Positions 49,361 through 60,508 of a stretch of DNA of 64,000 nt are shown piece by piece. The position numbers and the translations under genes are program-made. Below the pieces are notes generated by a model. It saw nothing but the letters and a program-made list of their open reading frames with translations. It did no database searches and was not told the DNA's origin. The DNA lies in assembly GCA_000002435.2 (NCBI GenBank), contig CM018792.1. One strand, written 5' to 3'. This stretch comes from Giardia intestinalis (Eukaryota). Each line of letters opens with the position of its first letter. The first letter of the stretch is position 1.

Positions 49361-51223
49361 TCACATTCCCCTCTTTTTGGCTAAAGCAGCGCCAATAAGA
49401 CCTACAAACAAGGGATGAGGCTTTAGCGGCCTAGATAATAGCTCTGGATGAAATTGCACCCCCAAAAAGAAGTCCAAAGAAGGGATTTCCATGATCTCCA
49501 CTAACGAGCTCTCCGTAGAAAGTCCGCTGAACACTACCCCTGCTTCTTCGAATAGAGTCTTGTACCTGCCATTAAACTCATACCTATGCCTGTGCCGTTC
49601 ACGAATGTTCTTACACTGATAACACTTCTGCGCTAGAGTTCCGTTTAGCAAGGTACAATTGCATGCCCCTAAGCGCATGCTTCCTCCCGACCCCCGAATA
49701 AGTGTTGCCGCCAAGGGGTTTGCAGCCTTGACATCTTCTGATATGATTGTGGCTATGACGGGATTGGTGGTTTCGGGATCAAATTCGGTAGAGGTGGCGT
49801 CTTTGAGATTCAGCACATTGTTAGCAAATTCTATAGCCATGCATTGCATTCCAAGACATATTCCAAGAATGGGCTTATTATTTTGTCGACAGTATTTGAT
49901 GGCTTCAAGCTTCCCGCTAACTCCCCTGCTCCCAAATCCACCAGGAATAATGATGGCATCTACGTTTTCCAAAGTGACCGTCGCTGGAACAAAATTACTG
50001 GTCTCGGTGTGTAGTTTCTCCTCAAACTTAGCAGGCTCAGCGGATTGTGCTTTTGGTGCGGGCGTAGAAGAGGAGGCTCTGTCCGCTCCTTCACAGGTGT
50101 CGCTCACTATTGAAAGGATATCCACATAGCAGTTACTGTGAGCAGCTGCATGATGTATCGCTTCATATACCGAAATGTACGCGTCACGAAGCTCTACGTA
50201 CTTACCTACCAAGCCTATGCGGATATGTGATTTCTTATCATATTCCTTGCATGCCAGAGCATCACCTGTTGATAAAGTGGCCGGGTGAATAAATCTTTCA
50301 ACTATCTCGCTCCACTTATCAAGACTTGCTTCAGCTTCTTTCTCTGCTGTAGCCCTAATGGGTATTACGTTAAAGAGATTAAAAACAAGTGCAGGAACGT
50401 GCTTAATAAGTAATGGGAGCTGATAGATTGATTGTACGGTAAAATTTTCAATAACATGGTCCTTCGAAAGACCACAGGAATGCGCTAACTTAGCTATAGT
50501 CTCCTTTGGCAAATGGGTGTCTGTACGGCACACAAGAAAGTCTGGTTTTATGCCAACAGACAGAAGAGTCCGAACTGAGTGCTGTGTGGGCTTAGTCTTA
50601 AGTTCTTTTCCATTTGACAGTACCGGGATGTAGCTAACATGGAAGCTACAAGCATTGCATCTTCCCACATCATCAATAAGCTGGCGCATAGCCTCAAGAA
50701 ATGCCGTTGATTCCATATCACCGACAGTTCCCCCTATCTCTATTATCACAAACCGCTTTTGAGTGGAGGCCAGTGGAGCAGAATGCTTACGTTGAGGCTC
50801 TGAATTTTCTCCCGGTACGGTAGATATCAGTTCAAAGCACCGCATCCGCGCTTTGATTTCGTCAACTATCTGAGGAACTACCTGCACTGTCATGCCATTG
50901 TAGCCACCCTCACGTTCCCTCTGGATCACAGTAGAATAGATAGACCCGGTAGTGACGCTAGACAGTCTGGTGAGATTTGTATCCAAAAAACGTTCGTAGT
51001 GGCCTAAGTCCAAGTCTGTCTCTGCGCCATCGTCGGTAACAAAGACCTCACCATGCTGATATGGGGACATTAGTCCGGGATCAACGTTTATGTATGGATC
51101 GCACTTTTGCATCACAACGTCATATCCATAACTCTTGATGAGCATCCCCAATGAGGCAGCAAAGAGACCCTTTCCTATACCGGAAATAACTCCTCCGGTA
51201 ACGAAGATGTAGTACGTTTGCAT
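49361..51223 (-). CDS. URA7: CTP synthase
   Basis: N-terminus MQTYYIFVTGGVISGIGKG ... DPYINVDPGLMSPYQHGEVFVTDDGAETDLDLGHYERF. C-terminal glutamine amidotransferase LGICLGMQ. ATG at 51223. Confidence 0.95.
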   Translation of the reverse strand: MQTYYIFVTGGVISGIGKGLFAASLGMLIKSYGYDVVMQKCDPYINVDPGLMSPYQHGEVFVTDDGAETDLDLGHYERFLDTNLTRLSSVTTGSIYSTVIQREREGGYNGMTVQVVPQIVDEIKARMRCFELISTVPGENSEPQRKHSAPLASTQKRFVIIEIGGTVGDMESTAFLEAMRQLIDDVGRCNACSFHVSYIPVLSNGKELKTKPTQHSVRTLLSVGIKPDFLVCRTDTHLPKETIAKLAHSCGLSKDHVIENFTVQSIYQLPLLIKHVPALVFNLFNVIPIRATAEKEAEASLDKWSEIVERFIHPATLSTGDALACKEYDKKSHIRIGLVGKYVELRDAYISVYEAIHHAAAHSNCYVDILSIVSDTCEGADRASSSTPAPKAQSAEPAKFEEKLHTETSNFVPATVTLENVDAIIIPGGFGSRGVSGKLEAIKYCRQNNKPILGICLGMQCMAIEFANNVLNLKDATSTEFDPETTNPVIATIISEDVKAANPLAATLIRGSGGSMRLGACNCTLLNGTLAQKCYQCKNIRERHRHRYEFNGRYKTLFEEAGVVFSGLSTESSLVEIMEIPSLDFFLGVQFHPELLSRPLKPHPLFVGLIGAALAKKRGM

Positions 51224-51293
51224 GAAATAGCAATTATTTTATTCCCTTTACTCCGCAATACCATTACCTTTCAATAAGGCGTCTAACCCGGCT

Positions 51294-51460
51294 GTGAATG
51301 AGGTGAATAATCATAGGATATCATATGAGGAAAATATTGTGGTACTTACTCTTACCGCAATTGCAAAGCGTGGGAGTGTCACAGAATATCCTGATTCCAC
51401 GTATGAGAACGGTGTCACAGCTCTCATAAGAGCTGCAAATAGGGGAGAGTGGAAACAGCA
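51294..51460 (+). pseudogene. Orphan single ankyrin-repeat fragment (...YENGVTALIRAANRGEW...) with no ATG, at the edge of the second GC-rich island
   Basis: GTG-initiated ORF whose only recognisable content is one ankyrin-repeat-like unit. It dissolves into GC-rich non-coding sequence. Confidence 0.3.
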
Positions 51461-54450
51461 AGACTCCCGGCCCCCCTCCACGAAGGAGGCCAGGAGCCAG
51501 GGAGGGCTGACGCCGGAAGACAGCGGAGGCGCTTTGCATCAGCATCGCCAGGCCAACTGGGCTCTGTCAGCAGCACCAGGAACGGAGCGCCACAGGGCCA
51601 TGGTAAGGGCACGGGGTCGCGAGCATGGGAGAAGCACTCTGCCCAGCGCCTGCTTGCTTGGTAGGACCGGGCGCCAGAGGGGCATGTTGCCATCGGGGTA
51701 TCTCTGTCACTAATGCGCAGCGCATTGGAACACGTGCCTGGGGCCGCATCCCTTCGGCCGGGCAGACAGCCGCTAGGCTCGGCGTGAAGATGGAAGCCGT
51801 GATAGCGGACGCCGTCTCCCGGAGCAGCGCCCCCGCACAGAGCCGGCTATGCCGCGCTAGCTCGCTCGATAAGGGGCATGGGGGTCCCTTACGACGCCCT
51901 TCGGCATCTGCCGTGTCACAGGTACCCATGGCCACGAGCAGCACAGGGGACGCGGCTATGTGGGCAGGGTAGCGTATTCATGGAGGGGCAGCTGCTTCAC
52001 CTGTGCATGGCGGCGCCGGCCAGCACGTCTAGCTGCCCCACTGGCGACCACTCCTTCCCTGTGCTTGCCACAATGGGAGGGCACGTGCGCCCGTAGACCG
52101 GCAGATGCCGTGCTGGTCCTCTCGAGCAATATGCGCATCCTTGCGTGACATCCAGCGTGGACCAGATACCACGACCTGGGCCATCGCTACTGGCAAGGCA
52201 AGTGCTGGTTGCAGCAGGGACGCCCGCCGCCCTCCAAGATAGACCAGCGACCTGCGCACCAGCTGCTATGGGCCTAACCTGCCGGGAACCTGGATCACAG
52301 CGCACTTGTCAAGGCCGCACACTCATTTGCATACTCGCCGCTAGCGTTGGACAACTGCGAGGTGTCCGTCTCCGGCCGCGCTCGCCTTAGTGTTTGGTCC
52401 ATGGTGATACGCCTCAGCCGAGGAGGCTATCCGTACGCGGCAGTTCCCGGAGAGAAGGCAGGGGTGGCCGGCGGGCCTGGGAGATAGGATTAGCACTAGC
52501 GAGTCCAGCCATCGGCCCGGGTTGCACAAAGGACGCCTGTAGTGCCTCCCCGGCTTCTGAGCATGGAAGGGCTGTGGGGTCTGCAGATGAGACGGACGCT
52601 GCATTTTGATTTTATGTGTTTGTAGCAGCATAGTATTTATCGGGGTCTGCTCTGTCTGAAACCGAGAACATTCGCTTTCTTTCCTTATACAGGCTGGGAT
52701 CGATTGTAGAGGTGTACTGTGCAAACCGGTGGCGGTCAGCGTATCTACTATCCAAACAGATACTGCCTGCGTCCTCCTGTGGCAGACCACCACCAGGACC
52801 CAATCTACACAGCTACCCTGGGGCACCTGTCGGGCAATCATCACCTCCTGTCGAAGGATTGCTGTACGTCACACATCCTGAGTCGTCCATCGACCAGGTG
52901 GTGCCATAAGCTCTTGTCCCCTACTTGTCCACTCAATGCAGACTCTGAGCGCCGCCAGTTGCACTCACGTCTGCACTACTCATCTGGATGCCCCCCACTC
53001 TTCAAGAGCACATGCCCGCAGCCGATGCTCCGTATTACGAGAGGAGCCAGCCGGGCCACTGCGCTGTGCATAGCTCTCATGGGCGTATTGTTATGCGCGC
53101 CCAGCCTTTCCATCCATAAGTCACCACGCGGCTCTTTCCCACCGTCTCGCGTTCACACGTGTGCCGGCACCACCGAGCTTTTGTGGTCTCGAGTGGCCCT
53201 GATGCATGGAGCGCTTGCGCAAAGTCCTTCCACCACTGACCCAGGCCGACCCCTCGCAAGATCCTTAGCGGAGTTGCATCCGAGATGTGTGTCTGCGTTG
53301 CTGTCCAGGTGCATGTGCCGGCCCTGGTGCTTCTCACAAGCTTGCGAGCATCGAGCTGGCCTCTACCGAACCGTATCAGAAGTCAGCACCAGGATGTAGT
53401 CCCCTCGGTTGGGCTCTGCAGGCTCCCAGAGCTACACACCAAAAGGCCGTTTTTCTTTGGTTGTGCAGCGTGGGGAGATGCATCGAACTACCACACCCTC
53501 TCTGTGTGGCGTGTTTTACGGTGGGGGACGGGATCCCTGTGCTCACTGTCTATCTGCCCAGGGCCAGCCGCAGCCCGGGTTGACGATGACAAGCGAGCAT
53601 CACCTGGCTCCTTGTCAGCAGGTGGGAGATCCCGCCACCCTAGTGCCCACAACAAAGGGTGCCAATCACTGGCAGAAGGACAAGACACCCAGGCTCCCGT
53701 TCCTTCCACTGATGGTAGCCCACTATGAAGAGCCCTTTGCCGCCTGCACCAACAACCTCAGGCACTGTGGGTCCAAGTACTTCCATAGTGGACAGTGGTA
53801 GCACTATGATGATCTGGGATGATAGGAGTCCTAGTTCACTGGCTCAGGAGGCAGCACGCTTTGGGTGGTTCTTCCCTCTTGTCCAGATCTGGGAGGGCTG
53901 GCTGCCTTCTGAACCCCCTGGCACCTTGTTATGCGGTGGGAACTTTAGTAGTATTTAGTACACGAGATCAGAGCTATGCACACACCAGGCTAGAGAGTCT
54001 CATGGGCTTGCCTCCGTTGGTCCACGCTTCCACGGACCCGGTATCTCCTCCAGGGACCGCAAGAGAGCACAGAAGGCTGTGGCCAGGGAGCAAAAGCCCC
54101 TGGAGAGGAGATGCTAGCAGCTGTGCTACTGGAGCAGGAGGAGCATCGCTGCTCACTTAGGATTTCCTGGTTCCGCATGCACAGAGATCTCGGAGTCGGT
54201 GCCTGGCTGGGAGAGCAGGTTGTACAAGGGACGCGTTTGCTATCTAAATCTACACCTTGCCTCTGCAGAGGAAGCCAACGAATACTCCACAGCAATGTAC
54301 AAGAGTGCACCCCGACCAATCATTCCACAGGAGAGGTGCGATCTGAGCCTGGCCCTCACTGGTCCTGTTCCTACTGAAGCCAGGGGGAACTGCGCTATCA
54401 GCTGGCCTCCGGTTGGCGTGCTCCTGATTTTATTCTTTTCCATCTAATTG
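51450..54450. other. GC-rich island with no dominant ORF (about 3 kb)
   Basis: Only short overlapping ORFs on both strands. No recognisable protein or rRNA motifs. Lies between CTP synthase and the VSP gene. Confidence 0.5.
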
Positions 54451-54544
54451 ATTTATCAAAAGGTAACAGTGGTTTGTCTACAACTTCTGGATTGATTACA
54501 AGCTTAATTGAAGAGAATGATAATCGAGTGTAAGCTTAAACTTA

Positions 54545-57500
54545 ATGTTAGCAGTAATTCTTTTAGCGTGCACAACGGTTCTAGCAGGAATCGTCCCGAA
54601 AACGGCCTGCAATCCAGAGATACCCGGCTGTGCGACGTGCACAACGACTGGGAGCGAGCAGACCTGCACAAGCTGTGCGACGGGCGGAGAGAAGGTCAGG
54701 CCGGACAAGAAGGGCTGCATCCCGCAGTGCCCTCCTGACGTGAGCACAGAGAGCGGTGAGTTCTGCGAGTGCAAGAGCACGCACCAGCCCTCGCCGGACG
54801 GGCAGACGTGTGTCCCGAAGACAGGGGCCTGCAATCCAGAGATACCCGGCTGTGCGACGTGCACAACGACTGGGAGCGAGCAGACCTGCACAAGCTGTGC
54901 GACGGGCGGAGAGAAGGTCAGGCCGGACAAGAAGGGCTGCATCCCGCAGTGCCCTCCTGACGTGAGCACAGAGAGCGGTGAGTTCTGCGAGTGCAAGAGC
55001 ACGCACCAGCCCTCGCCGGACGGGCAGACGTGTGTCCCGAAGACAGGGGCCTGCAATCCAGAGATACCCGGCTGTGCGACGTGCACAACGACTGGGAGCG
55101 AGCAGACCTGCACAAGCTGTGCGACGGGCGGAGAGAAGGTCAGGCCGGACAAGAAGGGCTGCATCCCGCAGTGCCCTCCTGACGTGAGCACAGAGAGCGG
55201 TGAGTTCTGCGAGTGCAAGAGCACGCACCAGCCCTCGCCGGACGGGCAGACGTGTGTCCCGAAGACAGGGGCCTGCAATCCAGAGATACCCGGCTGTGCG
55301 ACGTGCACAACGACTGGGAGCGAGCAGACCTGCACAAGCTGTGCGACGGGCGGAGAGAAGGTCAGGCCGGACAAGAAGGGCTGCATCCCGCAGTGCCCTC
55401 CTGACGTGAGCACAGAGAGCGGTGAGTTCTGCGAGTGCAAGAGCACGCACCAGCCCTCGCCGGACGGGCAGACGTGTGTCCCGAAGACAGGGGCCTGCAA
55501 TCCAGAGATACCCGGCTGTGCGACGTGCACAACGACTGGGAGCGAGCAGACCTGCACAAGCTGTGCGACGGGCGGAGAGAAGGTCAGGCCGGACAAGAAG
55601 GGCTGCATCCCGCAGTGCCCTCCTGACGTGAGCACAGAGAGCGGTGAGTTCTGCGAGTGCAAGAGCACGCACCAGCCCTCGCCGGACGGGCAGACGTGTG
55701 TCCCGAAGACAGGGGCCTGCAATCCAGAGATACCCGGCTGTGCGACGTGCACAACGACTGGGAGCGAGCAGACCTGCACAAGCTGTGCGACGGGCGGAGA
55801 GAAGGTCAGGCCGGACAAGAAGGGCTGCATCCCGCAGTGCCCTCCTGACGTGAGCACAGAGAGCGGTGAGTTCTGCGAGTGCAAGAGCACGCACCAGCCC
55901 TCGCCGGACGGGCAGACGTGTGTCCCGAAGACAGGGGCCTGCAATCCAGAGATACCCGGCTGTGCGACGTGCACAACGACTGGGAGCGAGCAGACCTGCA
56001 CAAGCTGTGCGACGGGCGGAGAGAAGGTCAGGCCGGACAAGAAGGGCTGCATCCCGCAGTGCCCTCCTGACGTGAGCACAGAGAGCGGTGAGTTCTGCGA
56101 GTGCAAGAGCACGCACCAGCCCTCGCCGGACGGGCAGACGTGTGTCCCGAAGACAGGGGCCTGCAATCCAGAGATACCCGGCTGTGCGACGTGCACAACG
56201 ACTGGGAGCGAGCAGACCTGCACAAGCTGTGCGACGGGCGGAGAGAAGGTCAGGCCGGACAAGAAGGGCTGCATCCCGCAGTGCCCTCCTGACGTGAGCA
56301 CAGAGAGCGGTGAGTTCTGCGAGTGCAAGAGCACGCACCAGCCCTCGCCGGACGGGCAGACGTGTGTCCCGAAGACAGGGGCCTGCAATCCAGAGATACC
56401 CGGCTGTGCGACGTGCACAACGACTGGGAGCGAGCAGACCTGCACAAGCTGTGCGACGGGCGGAGAGAAGGTCAGGCCGGACAAGAAGGGCTGCATCCCG
56501 CAGTGCCCTCCTGACGTGAGCACAGAGAGCGGTGAGTTCTGCGAGTGCAAGAGCACGCACCAGCCCTCGCCGGACGGGCAGACGTGTGTCCCGAAGACAG
56601 GGGCCTGCAATCCAGAGATACCCGGCTGTGCGACGTGCACAACGACTGGGAGCGAGCAGACCTGCACAAGCTGTGCGACGGGCGGAGAGAAGGTCAGGCC
56701 GGACAAGAAGGGCTGCATCCCGCAGTGCCCTCCTGACGTGAGCACAGAGAGCGGTGAGTTCTGCGAGTGCAAGAGCACGCACCAGCCCTCGCCGGACGGG
56801 CAGACGTGTGTCCCGAAGACAGGGGCCTGCAATCCAGAGATACCCGGCTGTGCGACGTGCACAACGACTGGGAGCGAGCAGACCTGCACAAGCTGTGCGA
56901 CGGGCGGAGAGAAGGTCAGGCCGGACAAGAAGGGCTGCATCCCGCAGTGCCCTCCTGACGTGAGCACAGAGAGCGGTGAGTTCTGCGAGTGCAAGAGCAC
57001 GCACCAGCCCTCGCCGGACGGGCAGACGTGTGTCCCGAAGACAGGGGCCTGCAATCCAGAGATACCCGGCTGTGCGACGTGCACAACGACTGGGAGCGAG
57101 CAGACCTGCACAAGCTGTGCGACGGGCGGAGAGAAGGTCAGGCCGGACAAGAAGGGCTGCATCCCGCAGTGCCCTCCTGACGTGAGCACAGAGAGCGGTG
57201 AGTTCTGCGAGTGCAAGAGCACGCACCAGCCCTCGCCGGACGGGCAGACGTGTGTCCCGAAGACAGGGGCCTGCAATCCAGAGATACCCGGCTGTGCGAC
57301 GTGCACAACGACTGGGAGCGAGCAGACCTGCACAAGCTGTGCGACGGGCGGAGAGAAGGTCAGGCCGGACAAGAAGGGCTGCATCCCGCAGTGCCCTCCT
57401 GACGTGAGCACAGAGAGCGGTGAGTTCTGCGAGTGCAAGAGCACGCACCAGCCCTCGCCGGACGGGCAGACGTGTGTCCCGAAGACAGGGGCCTGCAATC

Positions 57501-60496
57501 CAGAGATACCCGGCTGTGCGACGTGCACAACGACTGGGAGCGAGCAGACCTGCACAAGCTGTGCGACGGGCGGAGAGAAGGTCAGGCCGGACAAGAAGGG
57601 CTGCATCCCGCAGTGCCCTCCTGACGTGAGCACAGAGAGCGGTGAGTTCTGCGAGTGCAAGAGCACGCACCAGCCCTCGCCGGACGGGCAGACGTGTGTC
57701 CCGAAGACAGGGGCCTGCAATCCAGAGATACCCGGCTGTGCGACGTGCACAACGACTGGGAGCGAGCAGACCTGCACAAGCTGTGCGACGGGCGGAGAGA
57801 AGGTCAGGCCGGACAAGAAGGGCTGCATCCCGCAGTGCCCTCCTGACGTGAGCACAGAGAGCGGTGAGTTCTGCGAGTGCAAGAGCACGCACCAGCCCTC
57901 GCCGGACGGGCAGACGTGTGTCCCGAAGACAGGGGCCTGCAATCCAGAGATACCCGGCTGTGCGACGTGCACAACGACTGGGAGCGAGCAGACCTGCACA
58001 AGCTGTGCGACGGGCGGAGAGAAGGTCAGGCCGGACAAGAAGGGCTGCATCCCGCAGTGCCCTCCTGACGTGAGCACAGAGAGCGGTGAGTTCTGCGAGT
58101 GCAAGAGCACGCACCAGCCCTCGCCGGACGGGCAGACGTGTGTCCCGAAGACAGGGGCCTGCAATCCAGAGATACCCGGCTGTGCGACGTGCACAACGAC
58201 TGGGAGCGAGCAGACCTGCACAAGCTGTGCGACGGGCGGAGAGAAGGTCAGGCCGGACAAGAAGGGCTGCATCCCGCAGTGCCCTCCTGACGTGAGCACA
58301 GAGAGCGGTGAGTTCTGCGAGTGCAAGAGCACGCACCAGCCCTCGCCGGACGGGCAGACGTGTGTCCCGAAGACAGGGGCCTGCAATCCAGAGATACCCG
58401 GCTGTGCGACGTGCACAACGACTGGGAGCGAGCAGACCTGCACAAGCTGTGCGACGGGCGGAGAGAAGGTCAGGCCGGACAAGAAGGGCTGCATCCCGCA
58501 GTGCCCTCCTGACGTGAGCACAGAGAGCGGTGAGTTCTGCGAGTGCAAGAGCACGCACCAGCCCTCGCCGGACGGGCAGACGTGTGTCCCGAAGACAGGG
58601 GCCTGCAATCCAGAGATACCCGGCTGTGCGACGTGCACAACGACTGGGAGCGAGCAGACCTGCACAAGCTGTGCGACGGGCGGAGAGAAGGTCAGGCCGG
58701 ACAAGAAGGGCTGCATCCCGCAGTGCCCTCCTGACGTGAGCACAGAGAGCGGTGAGTTCTGCGAGTGCAAGAGCACGCACCAGCCCTCGCCGGACGGGCA
58801 GACGTGTGTCCCGAAGACAGGGGCCTGCAATCCAGAGATACCCGGCTGTGCGACGTGCACAACGACTGGGAGCGAGCAGACCTGCACAAGCTGTGCGACG
58901 GGCGGAGAGAAGGTCAGGCCGGACAAGAAGGGCTGCATCCCGCAGTGCCCTCCTGACGTGAGCACAGAGAGCGGTGAGTTCTGCGAGTGCAAGAGCACGC
59001 ACCAGCCCTCGCCGGACGGGCAGACGTGTGTCCCGAAGACAGGGGCCTGCAATCCAGAGATACCCGGCTGTGCGACGTGCACAACGACTGGGAGCGAGCA
59101 GACCTGCACAAGCTGTGCGACGGGCGGAGAGAAGGTCAGGCCGGACAAGAAGGGCTGCATCCCGCAGTGCCCTCCTGACGTGAGCACAGAGAGCGGTGAG
59201 TTCTGCGAGTGCAAGAGCACGCACCAGCCCTCGCCGGACGGGCAGACGTGTGTCCCGAAGACAGGGGCCTGCAATCCAGAGATACCCGGCTGTGCGACGT
59301 GCACAACGACTGGGAGCGAGCAGACCTGCACAAGCTGTGCGACGGGCGGAGAGAAGGTCAGGCCGGACAAGAAGGGCTGCATCCCGCAGTGCCCTCCTGA
59401 CGTGAGCACAGAGAGCGGTGAGTTCTGCGAGTGCAAGAGCACGCACCAGCCCTCGCCGGACGGGCAGACGTGTGTCCCGAAGACAGGGGCCTGCAATCCA
59501 GAGATACCCGGCTGTGCGACGTGCACAACGACTGGGAGCGAGCAGACCTGCACAAGCTGTGCGACGGGCGGAGAGAAGGTCAGGCCGGACAAGAAGGGCT
59601 GCATCCCGCAGTGCCCTCCTGACGTGAGCACAGAGAGCGGTGAGTTCTGCGAGTGCAAGAGCACGCACCAGCCCTCGCCGGACGGGCAGACGTGTGTCCC
59701 GAAGACAGGGGCCTGCAATCCAGAGATACCCGGCTGTGCGACGTGCACAACGACTGGGAGCGAGCAGACCTGCACAAGCTGTGCGACGGGCGGAGAGAAG
59801 GTCAGGCCGGACAAGAAGGGCTGCATCCCGCAGTGCCCTCCTGACGTGAGCACAGAGAGCGGTGAGTTCTGCGAGTGCAAGAGCACGCACCAGCCCTCGC
59901 CGGACGGGCAGACGTGTGTCCCGAAGACAGGGGCCTGCAATCCAGAGATACCCGGCTGTGCGACGTGCACAACGACTGGGAGCGAGCAGACCTGCACAAG
60001 CTGTGCGACGGGCGGAGAGAAGGTCAGGCCGGACAAGAAGGGCTGCATCCCGCAGTGCCCTCCTGACGTGAGCACAGAGAGCGGTGAGTTCTGCGAGTGC
60101 AAGAGCACGCACCAGCCCTCGCCGGACGGGCAGACGTGTGTCCCGAAGACAGGGGCCTGCAATCCAGAGATACCCGGCTGTGCGACGTGCACAACGACTG
60201 GGAGCGAGCAGACCTGCACAAGCTGTGCGACGGGCGGAGAGAAGGTCAGGCCGGACAAGAAGGGCTGCATCCCGCAGTGCCCTCCTGACGTGAGCACAGA
60301 GAGCGGTGAGTTCTGCGAGTGCAAGAGCACGCACCAGCCCTCGCCGGACGGGCAGACGTGTGTCCCTTCTAACACAAACAAGAGTAGCGGCCTTTCTACC
60401 GGCGCTATTGCAGGCATTGCTGTGGCCGCTGTCATTGTCGTTGGGGGCCTCGTGGGATTCTTGTGTTGGTGGTTCCTCTGCCGGGGCAAGGCGTAG
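54545..60496 (+). CDS. Variant-specific surface protein (VSP) composed almost entirely of about 26 identical 74-aa repeats
   Basis: ATG at 54545. Signal peptide MLAVILLACTTVLAG. Each repeat is Cys-rich with CXXC motifs. A transmembrane segment and the invariant tail [17 protein letters not shown] close the protein. Extended VSP poly(A) signal lies downstream. Confidence 0.9.
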   Translation: MLAVILLACTTVLAGIVPKTACNPEIPGCATCTTTGSEQTCTSCATGGEKVRPDKKGCIPQCPPDVSTESGEFCECKSTHQPSPDGQTCVPKTGACNPEIPGCATCTTTGSEQTCTSCATGGEKVRPDKKGCIPQCPPDVSTESGEFCECKSTHQPSPDGQTCVPKTGACNPEIPGCATCTTTGSEQTCTSCATGGEKVRPDKKGCIPQCPPDVSTESGEFCECKSTHQPSPDGQTCVPKTGACNPEIPGCATCTTTGSEQTCTSCATGGEKVRPDKKGCIPQCPPDVSTESGEFCECKSTHQPSPDGQTCVPKTGACNPEIPGCATCTTTGSEQTCTSCATGGEKVRPDKKGCIPQCPPDVSTESGEFCECKSTHQPSPDGQTCVPKTGACNPEIPGCATCTTTGSEQTCTSCATGGEKVRPDKKGCIPQCPPDVSTESGEFCECKSTHQPSPDGQTCVPKTGACNPEIPGCATCTTTGSEQTCTSCATGGEKVRPDKKGCIPQCPPDVSTESGEFCECKSTHQPSPDGQTCVPKTGACNPEIPGCATCTTTGSEQTCTSCATGGEKVRPDKKGCIPQCPPDVSTESGEFCECKSTHQPSPDGQTCVPKTGACNPEIPGCATCTTTGSEQTCTSCATGGEKVRPDKKGCIPQCPPDVSTESGEFCECKSTHQPSPDGQTCVPKTGACNPEIPGCATCTTTGSEQTCTSCATGGEKVRPDKKGCIPQCPPDVSTESGEFCECKSTHQPSPDGQTCVPKTGACNPEIPGCATCTTTGSEQTCTSCATGGEKVRPDKKGCIPQCPPDVSTESGEFCECKSTHQPSPDGQTCVPKTGACNPEIPGCATCTTTGSEQTCTSCATGGEKVRPDKKGCIPQCPPDVSTESGEFCECKSTHQPSPDGQTCVPKTGACNPEIPGCATCTTTGSEQTCTSCATGGEKVRPDKKGCIPQCPPDVSTESGEFCECKSTHQPSPDGQTCVPKTGACNPEIPGCATCTTTGSEQTCTSCATGGEKVRPDKKGCIPQCPPDVSTESGEFCECKSTHQPSPDGQTCVPKTGACNPEIPGCATCTTTGSEQTCTSCATGGEKVRPDKKGCIPQCPPDVSTESGEFCECKSTHQPSPDGQTCVPKTGACNPEIPGCATCTTTGSEQTCTSCATGGEKVRPDKKGCIPQCPPDVSTESGEFCECKSTHQPSPDGQTCVPKTGACNPEIPGCATCTTTGSEQTCTSCATGGEKVRPDKKGCIPQCPPDVSTESGEFCECKSTHQPSPDGQTCVPKTGACNPEIPGCATCTTTGSEQTCTSCATGGEKVRPDKKGCIPQCPPDVSTESGEFCECKSTHQPSPDGQTCVPKTGACNPEIPGCATCTTTGSEQTCTSCATGGEKVRPDKKGCIPQCPPDVSTESGEFCECKSTHQPSPDGQTCVPKTGACNPEIPGCATCTTTGSEQTCTSCATGGEKVRPDKKGCIPQCPPDVSTESGEFCECKSTHQPSPDGQTCVPKTGACNPEIPGCATCTTTGSEQTCTSCATGGEKVRPDKKGCIPQCPPDVSTESGEFCECKSTHQPSPDGQTCVPKTGACNPEIPGCATCTTTGSEQTCTSCATGGEKVRPDKKGCIPQCPPDVSTESGEFCECKSTHQPSPDGQTCVPKTGACNPEIPGCATCTTTGSEQTCTSCATGGEKVRPDKKGCIPQCPPDVSTESGEFCECKSTHQPSPDGQTCVPKTGACNPEIPGCATCTTTGSEQTCTSCATGGEKVRPDKKGCIPQCPPDVSTESGEFCECKSTHQPSPDGQTCVPKTGACNPEIPGCATCTTTGSEQTCTSCATGGEKVRPDKKGCIPQCPPDVSTESGEFCECKSTHQPSPDGQTCVPKTGACNPEIPGCATCTTTGSEQTCTSCATGGEKVRPDKKGCIPQCPPDVSTESGEFCECKSTHQPSPDGQTCVPSNTNKSSGLSTGAIAGIAVAAVIVVGGLVGFLCWWFLCRGKA
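54605..60366 (+). repeat. Tandem array of a 222-bp unit, about 25.95 copies, apparently 100% identical
   Basis: Phase set by gcctgcaatccagagatacccggctg at 54605, 54827 and so on. The per-unit spurious ORFs in the track are all identical. The array ends where ...gtgtcccGAAGACAGG becomes gtgtcccTTCTAAC (60367). Confidence 0.9.
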
Positions 60497-60508
60497 ATTT
60501 AACTGTAC

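Noticed and set aside
54605-60366. A regularly spaced repeat array that could suggest CRISPR
   Set aside because: The units are directly tandem with no unique spacers, lie inside an open reading frame of a eukaryotic surface protein, and the context is eukaryotic (rRNA 28S-type, ankyrin and NEK genes).
54496-60489. Giant minus-strand ORFs (1997 aa and 1917 aa) and dozens of identical 63-69-aa ORFs across the VSP repeat array
   Set aside because: Artefacts of a GC-rich 222-bp unit that happens to be stop-free in three of six frames. Only the plus-strand frame has a signal peptide, CXXC-rich units, a transmembrane segment, the CRGKA tail and a downstream VSP poly(A) signal.
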